DNA from: Candidatus Helarchaeota archaeon | GTDB taxonomy: Archaea > Asgardarchaeota > Lokiarchaeia > Helarchaeales > RDOG01 | Assembly (NCBI GenBank): GCA_019058315.1 | Contig: JAHPZH010000007.1 | Coordinates: 64,001-128,000, forward strand | Direction: 5' to 3' | DNA length: 64,000 nucleotides | In this document: piece after piece, positions 41,930 to 51,827 of the stretch | Numbering within the stretch: the first letter of the stretch is position 1 | How the letters are laid out: each line of letters opens with the position of its first letter | Notes under the pieces: model-generated | The model's input: only the letters and a program-made list of their open reading frames with translations | Told to the model about the DNA's origin: nothing | Databases searched by the model: none | Made by a program: the position numbers and the translations under genes

Positions 41930-43204
41930 CTAATAAACCTTCTTCCTTTGAACATAATCAAAAAGAGTTTTTTGGTATTTGACTTGTTCGATTATTTTGC
42001 TATTGTTAATCCAATGTTTTAATGAAACTTGAAAAGCTTTACCTATTTCTTTTAAAGCTGAATTTACATCACTAAAGACTTTAGGTTGGTTTTTAAAAGC
42101 TTTCCTTACAGTTTCTCGAATAACCCAGACTCCTAATGGAACTATATAACCAGAAGATACTTCTCGAAATACGATACACGTTGCTTGTCTTCTAATTTTA
42201 TTTAAAAATTCTGCGACTCCTAATCTTGCAGCATAGTATGCACCTGTAACATTCGAGGCATAGTTCTTTCGACCTTGATAGAATTCATAATCATCCATTA
42301 TCACTGGTGAGCTGCTTGGATTAAAAGAAGATTTGGGATTCCAAGTTTCTAACATCTCAAATGACCATTCTTTAGGTATAAGGAGGATTTGAAAATGATT
42401 ATCAAAATGTCTTCCTGTGAAAAGAAAATATTGAGAAATTTGGGGATAATCTTTGATCTTGTCAATTACTCGCTTCGAAATTGTATCATCTGTGGCAGTT
42501 ATAGCCCATCTTGTAGGAACTAATTTTCTATTATCCTTTATTCCAAGTAGACCTGCTGATAAGATACGCATAACTTGGGTTACTGTTAAATTGTGGTCAT
42601 AAAGATAATTTACTGCATTAACTGCTTTAAAATCTGTATCTGATACTGCTTTATCAACGGGACGGTCAATTACTGGATTTTCAGCAACTCGAATTTTTTT
42701 TAATGTACCTGAAGGACCAATAGGGGGTGAATGTGAATCATACATCATTCTAAATGATGGTTCTTTTTCTAATTGAACTTCTGTGTCAACTTTTTTTGAA
42801 GATTGAATTATTTCTTGAGAAATATCAAGCAATTTACTGTCTGTGATTTTATTTACATTCATACGGAAAGAAGTTCTTAATAATGAGGTTCTAAATTTTA
42901 CTAGATCTTCAATTCTTTGATCAATCCACCCTAGTTCTGGTTCATCTAAAATTTTTATTGAATCTGTTTCAATAGTCATAGGATTTATCATAGGTCCAAT
43001 CAAGACATTTGGATATGACTGTCGACCAACAAAGAATGAGGGTGGACTAGCTCCTTCAAAATCCTTCTTTATTGAAATTCGTTTTAAGGGAATTATGGCT
43101 TGCTGCTTTAGAATTATTGGACATTGTGTTTTACCACATAACATTCTGGAGCCTTTACATCTTGCACAAAGTCCCGCCTTAGATGCATCTGGTGGACGAA
43201 CCAT
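41930..43204 (-). CDS. nreA: Archaeal DNA repair protein NreA
   Basis: C..CKG.R.LCG...CP, SPPSFFVGR..YP, RKLVPTRWAITA.D, GAYYAARL, C-terminal PIP box QKTLFDY. Confidence 0.92.
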   Translation of the reverse strand: MVRPPDASKAGLCARCKGSRMLCGKTQCPIILKQQAIIPLKRISIKKDFEGASPPSFFVGRQSYPNVLIGPMINPMTIETDSIKILDEPELGWIDQRIEDLVKFRTSLLRTSFRMNVNKITDSKLLDISQEIIQSSKKVDTEVQLEKEPSFRMMYDSHSPPIGPSGTLKKIRVAENPVIDRPVDKAVSDTDFKAVNAVNYLYDHNLTVTQVMRILSAGLLGIKDNRKLVPTRWAITATDDTISKRVIDKIKDYPQISQYFLFTGRHFDNHFQILLIPKEWSFEMLETWNPKSSFNPSSSPVIMDDYEFYQGRKNYASNVTGAYYAARLGVAEFLNKIRRQATCIVFREVSSGYIVPLGVWVIRETVRKAFKNQPKVFSDVNSALKEIGKAFQVSLKHWINNSKIIEQVKYQKTLFDYVQRKKVY

Positions 43205-43429
43205 TGTGTAAATCTCATTTTTTGTAAATTAATCTTCAAATTTATTAATTAAAAATGAATTTTAAATATATATTATATAATACTCCATTAGATAATTAAG
43301 ATTTAAATATTTTTTTTTGTCAAGTCTCCAATTCTTCATAGTTTTCACAAACATCTTTCTAATTCTCTATTAATTTGCATTAATTTTCTATATTTTTATT
43401 TTATTTTGGTACTGATCATAATGTTTATA

Positions 43430-43476
43430 TAGTGTGTATTACACAGTACGTACTAGATAGTGTGTCATACACACTA
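43430..43476. promoter_or_regulatory. Tandem palindromic operators upstream of PadR regulator
   Basis: TAGTGTGTATTACACAGTA (imperfect) and perfect TAGTGTGT-CAT-ACACACTA. Confidence 0.7.
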
Positions 43477-43491
43477 AAATAAAAATGCATT

Positions 43492-43860
43492 GTGAGTGAA
43501 ATGTCGAAGAAAAAAGAATCAATTGAAGATATAATAGACAATTGGAAGAAACAACTTAGGAAAGGTAGCCTAGAATTAGCAATTTTATCTCATATAAAAA
43601 AGGAAGCTGGAGAAGCTTATGGATATATTCTTATTAAAAATTTTAAAGAAGCTGGTATTGAAACTGATGGAAGCACTATTTACCCATTATTGAGGAGACT
43701 TACAAATAAAGGATTAATACAGACAGTTGAAAAATCTAAGGAACAAAAAAAGCATTTTAAAATAACAAATGTAGGAATACAAGTTCTCGATGAATTATTA
43801 GAAGAATGGAAGACCTATTATGCAAAAATTAATCATTTTATAAAAAATGGAGGATTATAA
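43492..43860 (+). CDS. PadR family transcriptional regulator
   Basis: QLRKGSLELAIL, YGY.L, STIYPLLRRL...GLI, F.IT..G. Confidence 0.92.
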   Translation: MSEMSKKKESIEDIIDNWKKQLRKGSLELAILSHIKKEAGEAYGYILIKNFKEAGIETDGSTIYPLLRRLTNKGLIQTVEKSKEQKKHFKITNVGIQVLDELLEEWKTYYAKINHFIKNGGL

Positions 43861-44508
43861 ATGAAGAAACAAAGTGAAAAAATTCTAAATGATTATTTAA
43901 AACAGGTAAGAGATTCATTGGAATATATGCCTAAACCTGAAGTGGAAGATAGAATAAACACAATCAGAGCTCATATTTTAGACGCTATTGAAGATCAAAA
44001 AGGAGAACTGCCAGAAGAAGAAATTATTGGAAAAGCAATAAAGGAACTTGGCATTAAAATTAAACCAAAGCGTAGAGTAAAAGACGTAATAGGCGACTTA
44101 GTAGGATGTGGAATTTTTGGACTTATCCTATTATTCTTAGATTGGATATATTTTTATCCAACTTTTAAATACAATGTCTCAATTCCATATTTTATAATTA
44201 TATTTCCTGTTGCCTGCGCATTAGCTATTTGGGACTTTTTTGTTAAACCAAGACTAACCGATCCTCGATACAACCTAATATTTGCTTGGAGCTTTTTTCC
44301 AATATTAATAATTGAAATGATATACCTTGAGTTACCAGACCCTATTCCCTTGGTTGCCCCATTGGTTTATGGAATTTTATTGACAATTATGACTATATTA
44401 TCGCTAGTAATACCAGAGGAAATTATTGAAAAACAATGCCCTAAGTGTGGTGAAACCTTACCTAAAAAAGCAAGATTTTGTCTAATTTGTGGTGAAGAAC
44501 AAGAATAA
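43861..44508 (+). CDS. Membrane protein: HAAS/DUF1700-like N-terminus, 4 TM, C-terminal zinc ribbon
   Basis: YLKQVRDSL...E....I.AHI.DA..ELG; CPKCG......RFCLICG. Confidence 0.8.
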   Translation: MKKQSEKILNDYLKQVRDSLEYMPKPEVEDRINTIRAHILDAIEDQKGELPEEEIIGKAIKELGIKIKPKRRVKDVIGDLVGCGIFGLILLFLDWIYFYPTFKYNVSIPYFIIIFPVACALAIWDFFVKPRLTDPRYNLIFAWSFFPILIIEMIYLELPDPIPLVAPLVYGILLTIMTILSLVIPEEIIEKQCPKCGETLPKKARFCLICGEEQE

Positions 44509-44721
44509 TAATTAATAAATACACATTTTCTTTTTTTTTATGAAAATTTTTTAAGAATGAATTATAAAAATAATAGTAAATTTCCATTGGAAAAAACAAA
44601 TTATTAAGAGTTTATTCTTATATTTTTCGTAAGATTTTTAAGGGAGGAACTCTTTCTAACTTTTAAATCTTTCGATAAAGATTTAAGTAAAGTTTATTCT
44701 GTTTTTTGAGGTGTTTCTAAA

Positions 44722-45687
44722 ATTTCACACGAAAATAACTCCTTCTTAGAGAAAACAGACGATTTCAACTTAAATGACGATGAAAGTTCAATTTGTCCGG
44801 AATGTGGGAGTGTAGAAATTACTAATGATGTAACTCGTGGAGAACTTATTTGCAGAAATTGTGGAATGGTCATAAGTGAAAAGCTTATTGATCAAGGTCC
44901 TGAATGGAGAGCTTTTAACTTAGAGGAAAGGGATAAGAGAAGCCGTGTTGGATCCCCTTCAACTTATACTTTACATGATAAAGGTCTATCTACTATGATA
45001 GATTGGCATGATAAAGACTCTTTTGGAAAAAAATTAACTCCTAAAAGGCGAGCACAAATCTATAGATTGAGAAAATGGCAAATACGAACAAGAGTTCACA
45101 GTTCTATTGATAGAAATTTGGCAATAGCTATGAGTGAATTGGATAGACTCAGTAGTCAATTGGGGATACCACGTGGTGTGAAGGAAAGCTCTGCTGTAAT
45201 TTACAGGAGGGCTATTGAGAAAAAACTCATAAGAGGTAGATCTATTGAAGCTATGGTGGGTGCCTCAATTTATGCTGCCTGTCGTATGAGAAAAATTCCA
45301 CGAACTTTAGACGAAATTGGTCGACACTCAAGGGTCAATAAGAAGGAATTGGGTAGATGTTATCGATTAATTTTAAGAGAACTAGATGTTCAAATTCCTA
45401 TCGCCAGTCCAATTGATTTTATTCCCCGTTTTGGCGCAGAATTAGCCCTTTCTGGACGAACTCAACGAAGAGCTGCCGAAATAGTAAACCAAGCACGAAA
45501 AACTGGTTTAACTGCAGGAAAAGATCCTACAGGTTTAGCTGCAGCTTCGATTTATATTTCTGCTATACTAGAGGGTGAACGAAGAACTCAACGAGAAATT
45601 GCAGAAATTGTTCACGTTACGGAAGTTACAGTTAGAAATAGGTATAAGGAATTAGTAAGAGAGCTTAAACTTAGAGTTGATGTGTAG
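44722..45687 (+). CDS. tfb: Transcription initiation factor IIB (TFB)
   Basis: [34 protein letters not shown]; Zn ribbon CPECGS...CRNCG lies upstream of first ATG (44866); ATT start at 44722 inferred. Confidence 0.95.
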   Translation: MSHENNSFLEKTDDFNLNDDESSICPECGSVEITNDVTRGELICRNCGMVISEKLIDQGPEWRAFNLEERDKRSRVGSPSTYTLHDKGLSTMIDWHDKDSFGKKLTPKRRAQIYRLRKWQIRTRVHSSIDRNLAIAMSELDRLSSQLGIPRGVKESSAVIYRRAIEKKLIRGRSIEAMVGASIYAACRMRKIPRTLDEIGRHSRVNKKELGRCYRLILRELDVQIPIASPIDFIPRFGAELALSGRTQRRAAEIVNQARKTGLTAGKDPTGLAAASIYISAILEGERRTQREIAEIVHVTEVTVRNRYKELVRELKLRVDV

Positions 45688-45719
45688 GATTAGCCTATAC
45701 TCTTTTTTATTTTCTTATT

Positions 45720-46019
45720 TTATTGAACAACAATATTTTCTTCAGCAAAACCTTCTTTTTCTAGAACATCTTTGACTATTTGTCGATGATCACCTTGTAA
45801 CACTATATATCCATTTTTATATGATCCCCCAGCAGCACAACGACTTTTTAGTCTCACGACTAAATCCTTTAAACGGTTCTGTTCAATCCCCTCAACTATA
45901 GTTACAAGTTTACCATATTTACGCTTTTCAACTTTTATCTTAATTTCTTTTTCTTCTTTGGCTATTTCTCCACACATGCACAAATCTTTAGGTAACGAAC
46001 ATTTTGGACATATTTCTAT
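45720..46019 (-). CDS. Translation initiation factor aIF1 (SUI1 family)
   Basis: RKYGKLVTIVEG, LKSRCAAGGS, LQGDHR; conserved ICPKCSLPKDLC lies upstream of the TTG; ATA start at 46019 inferred. Confidence 0.92.
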   Translation of the reverse strand: MEICPKCSLPKDLCMCGEIAKEEKEIKIKVEKRKYGKLVTIVEGIEQNRLKDLVVRLKSRCAAGGSYKNGYIVLQGDHRQIVKDVLEKEGFAEENIVVQ

Positions 46020-46291
46020 ATCTTTTCTCTCCTGGGTCGCTTTTGAAAAAACATCTTTTTGTAATTATAATAATTCTATGTTTATTTGTTCCTTATATTT
46101 TTTATTGTACTTATTGAACTCAAATTATATAATATTTGCTTGAATTTTTAACAAATATTTGATAATTCAAGTCAATAAATATTTGTATTTGAGCAAAATA
46201 AAGTAAATGGCGCCGAATTTGAAATAAATGTATTGAAATTTGATGTGTTTAAAGTACCATTTTCAAAAAAACAAAAATTGGTGAACTAAAA

Positions 46292-47878
46292 ATAGTTAAA
46301 ACATTAATTATAGATGCATTAAGGTCTGAAAAGGGAGTAAAACGTTTCACAAGGGATTTTATCGGAGCAGGACCTCGAACCATTGCGGGAATTCTTGAAG
46401 GTTATGAAATAAACTCACAAATAGTTCACCCTGAAAATTTGAAAAAGAATGAGCTTACAGACAGTGATTTCTTATTTATAAGCGCAATGACTTTAGACTT
46501 GATAGCTGTAAGTAAAATCATTAGAAAATGGAAGAAATACAATAATAAGCCAATCCTAATAGGAGGTCCGATTACATCCAATCCATTTGATTTAAAACCA
46601 CTTGAATTCGATTTAGCTTTTATGGGTGAAAGTGAAGATACACTTGAAAAAATAATCCAGATCGGATTAAAAGATGGAAATCTGCCTTCTTATTCTAAAT
46701 TAAAAGAAATTAATGGAATATTCTACCGGAAAGATAATGATTTAATGATAAATGATACCAAATCTTATATTTCAAAGGAAACTTTAAATAACTTTCAGCC
46801 TTCGGTAGAGAGAATTACAGATTATCCTTATTATTTTATAGCAAGAGTTTATGTTGAGTGTATCCGTGGCTGTTCAAATTTTTTACGTCCAACTATTAAA
46901 CTAAACGAAAATATCGAATGTAATAATTGCGGAAATTGTAATGATAGTCTTGATAAAAGATTAAATTGTCCCCAAAACATTCCACCTGGATGTGGTTTTT
47001 GTTCAGTTCCAGCAGTATATGGGCCTCCGAGGAGTCGATATGTTTCTAATATTGTAAATGAAATTAAGGGATTAATTGGTAAAAAAGTTCGAAGATTTGT
47101 TCTTGGGGGTTCTGATTTTTTGGATTATGAAAGAGATGATCTAGTAAAACCGATGCCCTTGACTGATCCTTACCAGCCCCCTCCCAATAGTGAAAAAATT
47201 GAGGAATTATTATCCGAAATTTCTTTAATTCCTGAGATTAAGAATAAGAAAGCCTATATTTTTATTGAAAATATAAAGGCTTGTTTATTCTCTAAAGAAA
47301 TTGCGAAAATTATTTCAAAATATATTCCAAATACCTCAGTTTCAATAGGATGCGAATCAGGGTCAAATGATTATCTAAAATCGATAGGAAAACCTTCAGC
47401 AGTTGAAGATATGATCCAAACAGTCCGAATTTGTAAAGAATTTGGTATAAGAACACATTGTTATTTTATTCACGGATTGCCTAACCAAAATAGTTCTGTA
47501 TTAAAAGAAACCAAGCAGCTAATGGAAAAATTAGAAAAAATTGGAACTGATAAGATTACAATTTATAAATTTAAACCGCTTCCAAAGAGTTCGTTTGAGA
47601 AATTTGATTATAAAAGTTATAAATTATCAGAACAAATAAAAAAGTTAGCAATTAAAATTAATTATAATAGGAAATTAGCTTTAATTGGTAAAAATTTTAA
47701 AGTTATCATCGCAGAACGTCATAAAAGAAATAAAAATGATGGAATTGGATATATTCTAGAGGGCGGTCCGACAGTTTTAATCAAAAATGGAGGAAAATTA
47801 ATCGGAAAAGAAGTTAATGCGAGAATCATTCGAGTACTTTCTGATAAATTTGTAGAAGGAGAAATTAATAATCAATAA
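46292..47878 (+). CDS. Radical SAM protein with C-terminal TRAM-like domain
   Basis: RGC...CGFC, GCESGS, YFIHGLP; upstream in-frame IIDAL...DFIGAGPRTIAGILE; ATA start at 46292 inferred (ORF track 46439). Confidence 0.85.
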   Translation: MVKTLIIDALRSEKGVKRFTRDFIGAGPRTIAGILEGYEINSQIVHPENLKKNELTDSDFLFISAMTLDLIAVSKIIRKWKKYNNKPILIGGPITSNPFDLKPLEFDLAFMGESEDTLEKIIQIGLKDGNLPSYSKLKEINGIFYRKDNDLMINDTKSYISKETLNNFQPSVERITDYPYYFIARVYVECIRGCSNFLRPTIKLNENIECNNCGNCNDSLDKRLNCPQNIPPGCGFCSVPAVYGPPRSRYVSNIVNEIKGLIGKKVRRFVLGGSDFLDYERDDLVKPMPLTDPYQPPPNSEKIEELLSEISLIPEIKNKKAYIFIENIKACLFSKEIAKIISKYIPNTSVSIGCESGSNDYLKSIGKPSAVEDMIQTVRICKEFGIRTHCYFIHGLPNQNSSVLKETKQLMEKLEKIGTDKITIYKFKPLPKSSFEKFDYKSYKLSEQIKKLAIKINYNRKLALIGKNFKVIIAERHKRNKNDGIGYILEGGPTVLIKNGGKLIGKEVNARIIRVLSDKFVEGEINNQ

Positions 47879-47939
47879 CTTTAAGAATAACAATTTTATT
47901 AATTAAATCATCTCATTATAATGAAGAAACAAATAGAGT

Positions 47940-48092
47940 GTGACAACTATCCCATATATTTGTGGTAAATGTGGTCGCGAGATCACTTCAAAAGGAATGG
48001 ACTCTTTGCCTGGTGTTAAGTGTCCACATTGCGGATACCGAATTTTATATAAAATTCGACCACCAGTTGTAAAAAAAATACAAGCTCGATAA
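47940..48092 (+). CDS. rpoP: RNA polymerase subunit P (Rpo12)
   Basis: Not in ORF track. MTTIPYICGKCGREITSKGMDSLPGVKCPHCGYRILYKIRPPVVKKIQAR*. Confidence 0.93.
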   Translation: MTTIPYICGKCGREITSKGMDSLPGVKCPHCGYRILYKIRPPVVKKIQAR

Positions 48093-48107
48093 ATTTTTCT
48101 AATTTTT

Positions 48108-48302
48108 TTAATATTTATCTAACTTTAGGGTAATTGCTTTCGCTGGACATTTTTCAATGCATTCAAGGCATTTTCCACATTTATTAGGGCTCACTACTAT
48201 TGGCTGATCATCAAGCCATTCTAGAACCCCATACCTACAGGTTTTATAACATTCCCCACAGCCTTGGCATTTATCATAATCAATTTTAACTTCAACAATC
48301 AA
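48108..48302 (-). CDS. 2x[4Fe-4S] ferredoxin
   Basis: CQGCGECYKTC and CGKCLECIEKCP. Confidence 0.9.
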   Translation of the reverse strand: MIVEVKIDYDKCQGCGECYKTCRYGVLEWLDDQPIVVSPNKCGKCLECIEKCPAKAITLKLDKY

Positions 48303-48433
48303 TATGTGAAACCTACAAATTATAGTTCAATACTGTATAATATGCTACCAAGACAAAGTAATATTTATTTAAATAAAACTTCTAAATGCAAGTTTTTTTA
48401 ATTAATTTTAGAAAAAAGAGGATGTTTGACTAA

Positions 48434-49318
48434 ATGAAAAGAATTATCATTGTTGGAGATGAAAGAGCAGAAGGAAATCAATGGCGTGAGGTGTTTCGAA
48501 ATCGTGATGAAAAATATCAAGTTTTTTTTGTTGAAGTCAGTAAGCTTTGTGACGTTGGGGTGAGAAGAAGAAAAAAAGAAGAGGATAATTTATATATAAC
48601 AACAAAAACAGAAGGCTTTTGGGCTCCAGATGGTTTAATTTGGCGTTGGGGTGCAGTTAAACCAAATTGGATTCATGAACCTTTCCTTGAACTACTAAAA
48701 TCATTCCCCAAATTTCCTATGGTATCTAGACCAGAAGCACATTTAATTTGTGCAAATAGATTAAGAATGCTCTCTGCATTAAGTTCAGATCCTGAAATCC
48801 CGATTGTTCCACATGTGGCATTTGTAACTAGCAGATTTCTAATAGAAAGTCGATATAAGCCAGAATATCCATGTGTTGTTAAGATTGGCTCGTTTCATCA
48901 AGGATTGATGAAAGCAAAGGTAGATAGTGATGATCAATGGCATGATTTGTTATCATTTATTTTTCCTCTAGAAATGCCCGTAGTTATTGAAGACTTTATC
49001 AAATTTAAAAGAGATTTACGCTTGATTTTTATAGGAGACGAAGTTTGGTCTTTGGTACGTGAATTTGAAGGTTGGAAAGCAAATAGATTGAAGAGACTTT
49101 ATGTTGAGAAGCCTACAGAAAAAATGTTGGATCTAACTAAAAGAGCTAGAGAAGCTATTGGAAATCCAGAATATGGAGCACTAGATCTAGTCGAAAAGGA
49201 TGATGGAAGTTTCTGCGTTTTCGAAATTAATGACACTCCAGATTTAGACCCAGATACGATTCAAGTTGAAGATTCCTATCGAAAAGTGGCAGATATGTTG
49301 ATAAAAAAAATAGGTTGA
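48434..49318 (+). CDS. Synapsin-like ATP-grasp protein (RimK superfamily)
   Basis: YPCVVKIGSFHQGLMKAKV, EDFI....DLR, WKAN, FEIND. Confidence 0.75.
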   Translation: MKRIIIVGDERAEGNQWREVFRNRDEKYQVFFVEVSKLCDVGVRRRKKEEDNLYITTKTEGFWAPDGLIWRWGAVKPNWIHEPFLELLKSFPKFPMVSRPEAHLICANRLRMLSALSSDPEIPIVPHVAFVTSRFLIESRYKPEYPCVVKIGSFHQGLMKAKVDSDDQWHDLLSFIFPLEMPVVIEDFIKFKRDLRLIFIGDEVWSLVREFEGWKANRLKRLYVEKPTEKMLDLTKRAREAIGNPEYGALDLVEKDDGSFCVFEINDTPDLDPDTIQVEDSYRKVADMLIKKIG

Positions 49319-49360
49319 TTTGGTTTTTAGATGTCTAAACGACCTTAAAGAGGAAATTTT

Positions 49361-49918
49361 ATGAATTTTGATCAAAAAGAAAAGAAAAATCTAATTGATT
49401 TTGTAAAATTAATTGGAAAATTGAAGAAATTAAAAAGAAAAGGATGGATTCAAAGAAATATTCAGGATGAAATTGAATCTGTTGCAGATCACAGCTTTCA
49501 ATTAAGTATATTATCAATGATAATAGCTGATAAAGTTGGTTTGAATAAAGACAAGTTGATAAAAATGAGTTTAATTCATGATTTTCCTGAAACTATTGTT
49601 GGAGATATTACTCCTTATGAAAAATCTGCTGAAAAAAAGCATGAGGCTGAATTTGAAGCAATGAAAAAAATCTGTTTATTGATAGATTCAGATGAATATT
49701 TGGATTTATGGCTAGAATTTGAAGAAGGAAAATCAGAAGAAGCAAAATTTTTAAAACAATTAGATAAAATTGAAATGATTTTTCAAGCATTGGAATACGA
49801 ACTATCAGGAACCGAACCAAAAAAATTAAATGAATTTTGGGATTATACTGAAAAACAATTAAATAATTCTATTTTAATCAATTTATTTGAAACTTTAAAA
49901 AAATTAAGGACTTCTTGA
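49361..49918 (+). CDS. HD-domain 5'-deoxynucleotidase (HDDC2/YfbR-like)
   Basis: LKRKGW, ESVADHSF, IHDFPE..VGDITP, LDKIEM..QA.EYE. Confidence 0.9.
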   Translation: MNFDQKEKKNLIDFVKLIGKLKKLKRKGWIQRNIQDEIESVADHSFQLSILSMIIADKVGLNKDKLIKMSLIHDFPETIVGDITPYEKSAEKKHEAEFEAMKKICLLIDSDEYLDLWLEFEEGKSEEAKFLKQLDKIEMIFQALEYELSGTEPKKLNEFWDYTEKQLNNSILINLFETLKKLRTS

Positions 49919-50028
49919 TCTAAATTGCGAAATCCTCTTTATTTATTGTTCATAATTTAAGTTTAAAGAGATTTTTAAACAACACTTCAGAAAAAATAAA
50001 TAGAAACTTAGAATATTGTGAAATAAAA

Positions 50029-50817
50029 ATGGTTAAAATTGGCGTATTACAGCTTCAAGTTAGGAAAGATAAAGAAAATTTTGAAAAAATCGAAGAATTA
50101 ATTAATGAAGCTAAAAATAAAAATATCGATATTGTCTGTCTTCCAGAAAAATGGAATGCAAAATCTCCTCTGGAACCAATTGAGAATGAGAATGGAAGCG
50201 TATTTAAATTTTTAAGTAAGATGGCTAAAAATTATAAATTATACGTAATTGGTGGTGCAATCGTAGTTAATTTAGATGAAAAAAAATATGTAATTTCTTA
50301 TATATTTGATAAAAACGGAAAATGTATTGGGGCTCAAAGAAAAATTCATTTATACTCTTATGAGAATCAATATATTACAAGTGGCTCTGAGTTAGAATTA
50401 ATTAATACTGATTTTGGACTTATAGGTGTGGCAATTTGTTTTGATCTAAATGCTTTCCCAGAGGTAGGAAGAGCTTATGCTTTAAATGGAGCAAGTATAG
50501 TATTTAATCCTTCAATGATTCCTGTAAATGGTATTGAAAATTGGCATATTTATTTAAAAGCTAGGGTATTAGAAAATAGAATGCCAGTGGTTGGGATAAA
50601 TTCAGTAGGAGGTTCTCCAGCTGGAAATGTTTTAACTGGTGAAAGCATAATTATTGGCTTTCACAAAGGTCATGAAACACCTGCAAAATTAAAGATAATT
50701 AAAGGTGAAAAAAATAAAGAACAGCTAATATTTGCTGATTTAGATTTACAATATCCTCAAAAATTAAGAGAAAAACGATTTTCCAATATTAAATCTTTCA
50801 AAATTAAAAAGTGTTAA
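50029..50817 (+). CDS. Carbon-nitrogen hydrolase (nitrilase family)
   Basis: CLPE, RKIHL, ICFD catalytic triad. Confidence 0.9.
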   Translation: MVKIGVLQLQVRKDKENFEKIEELINEAKNKNIDIVCLPEKWNAKSPLEPIENENGSVFKFLSKMAKNYKLYVIGGAIVVNLDEKKYVISYIFDKNGKCIGAQRKIHLYSYENQYITSGSELELINTDFGLIGVAICFDLNAFPEVGRAYALNGASIVFNPSMIPVNGIENWHIYLKARVLENRMPVVGINSVGGSPAGNVLTGESIIIGFHKGHETPAKLKIIKGEKNKEQLIFADLDLQYPQKLREKRFSNIKSFKIKKC

Positions 50818-50832
50818 AAGGACATTAAAATC

Positions 50833-51795
50833 GTGGAGAAAATACCATTAAATATTGTTGATTTATTAAAAAAACAAAAATATCATTTGGTTGGTCATCA
50901 TTCTGCAGTTAAAAAATGTAGATGGACACATAATAGCTTAGTACATAATCGTGTATGTTACAAGGAGAAATTTTATGGGGTAAAATCTCATCGTTGTTTA
51001 CAAATTACTCCATCTATTATCTGGTGCTCCCACACTTGCAATTTTTGTTGGCGAATTCAACCAAAGGATATTAATATTAGTTGGAATCAAACCAAAATCT
51101 CTGTTCCCTTGGATTCCCCCAAAGAAATATTAGATGGCTGTATAAGAGAATGGCGCAGAATATTAAGTGGCTATAAACCAACTTCGCATGAAAAAGTCGA
51201 TTGGAAAAAGTGGGAAGAAGCAAATCAGCCATTTAGTGTTGCTATTAGTTTATCTGGAGAACCTACATTATATCCTTATCTAGGTGATTTAATCTCTGAA
51301 TGTAGAAAAAGAAATTTAATTTCTTTTTTAGTCTCAAATGGGACGTTTCCAGAAGTTTTAAAAGATATTGAGGAACCAAATCAATTATATATTTCCGTGA
51401 TTGGTTCAAATGAAAAATTATATAAACAAATTTGCCGTCCTCTAATTCCAAATAGCTGGGAACGTTTAAATAAAACTTTCGATTTAATCCCTAGTTTTAA
51501 TTGCCCAACAGTATTTCGCTTAACTTTAATGCATGATATGAATCTAAAAAATCCAGAAGAATTTGCTAAAATAATAAATAAAGCCTCACCGACTTATGTT
51601 GAATGTAAAGGATATATGTATCTAGGGTTCTCTCGTAAACGAGGATTAATACTAGATCACATGCCACGACATGAAGAAATAAAAAAATTTTCAGAAAAAA
51701 TTTCTGAACTAACTGGATATAAAATATTAGATGAATCTTTAAAGTCTCGAGTTGTTTTATTATCTCGATTAGACAAACCAAAAAGGTTTTCTTAA
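50833..51795 (+). CDS. taw1: 4-demethylwyosine synthase (Tyw1/Taw1)
   Basis: HSAVKKCRW, CYKEKFYG..SHRC, CxxxCxFCWR, AISLSGEPT. Confidence 0.93.
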   Translation: MEKIPLNIVDLLKKQKYHLVGHHSAVKKCRWTHNSLVHNRVCYKEKFYGVKSHRCLQITPSIIWCSHTCNFCWRIQPKDINISWNQTKISVPLDSPKEILDGCIREWRRILSGYKPTSHEKVDWKKWEEANQPFSVAISLSGEPTLYPYLGDLISECRKRNLISFLVSNGTFPEVLKDIEEPNQLYISVIGSNEKLYKQICRPLIPNSWERLNKTFDLIPSFNCPTVFRLTLMHDMNLKNPEEFAKIINKASPTYVECKGYMYLGFSRKRGLILDHMPRHEEIKKFSEKISELTGYKILDESLKSRVVLLSRLDKPKRFS

Positions 51796-51827
51796 TTTAA
51801 ATTATAATTTAAAATGATGGGTTAATT

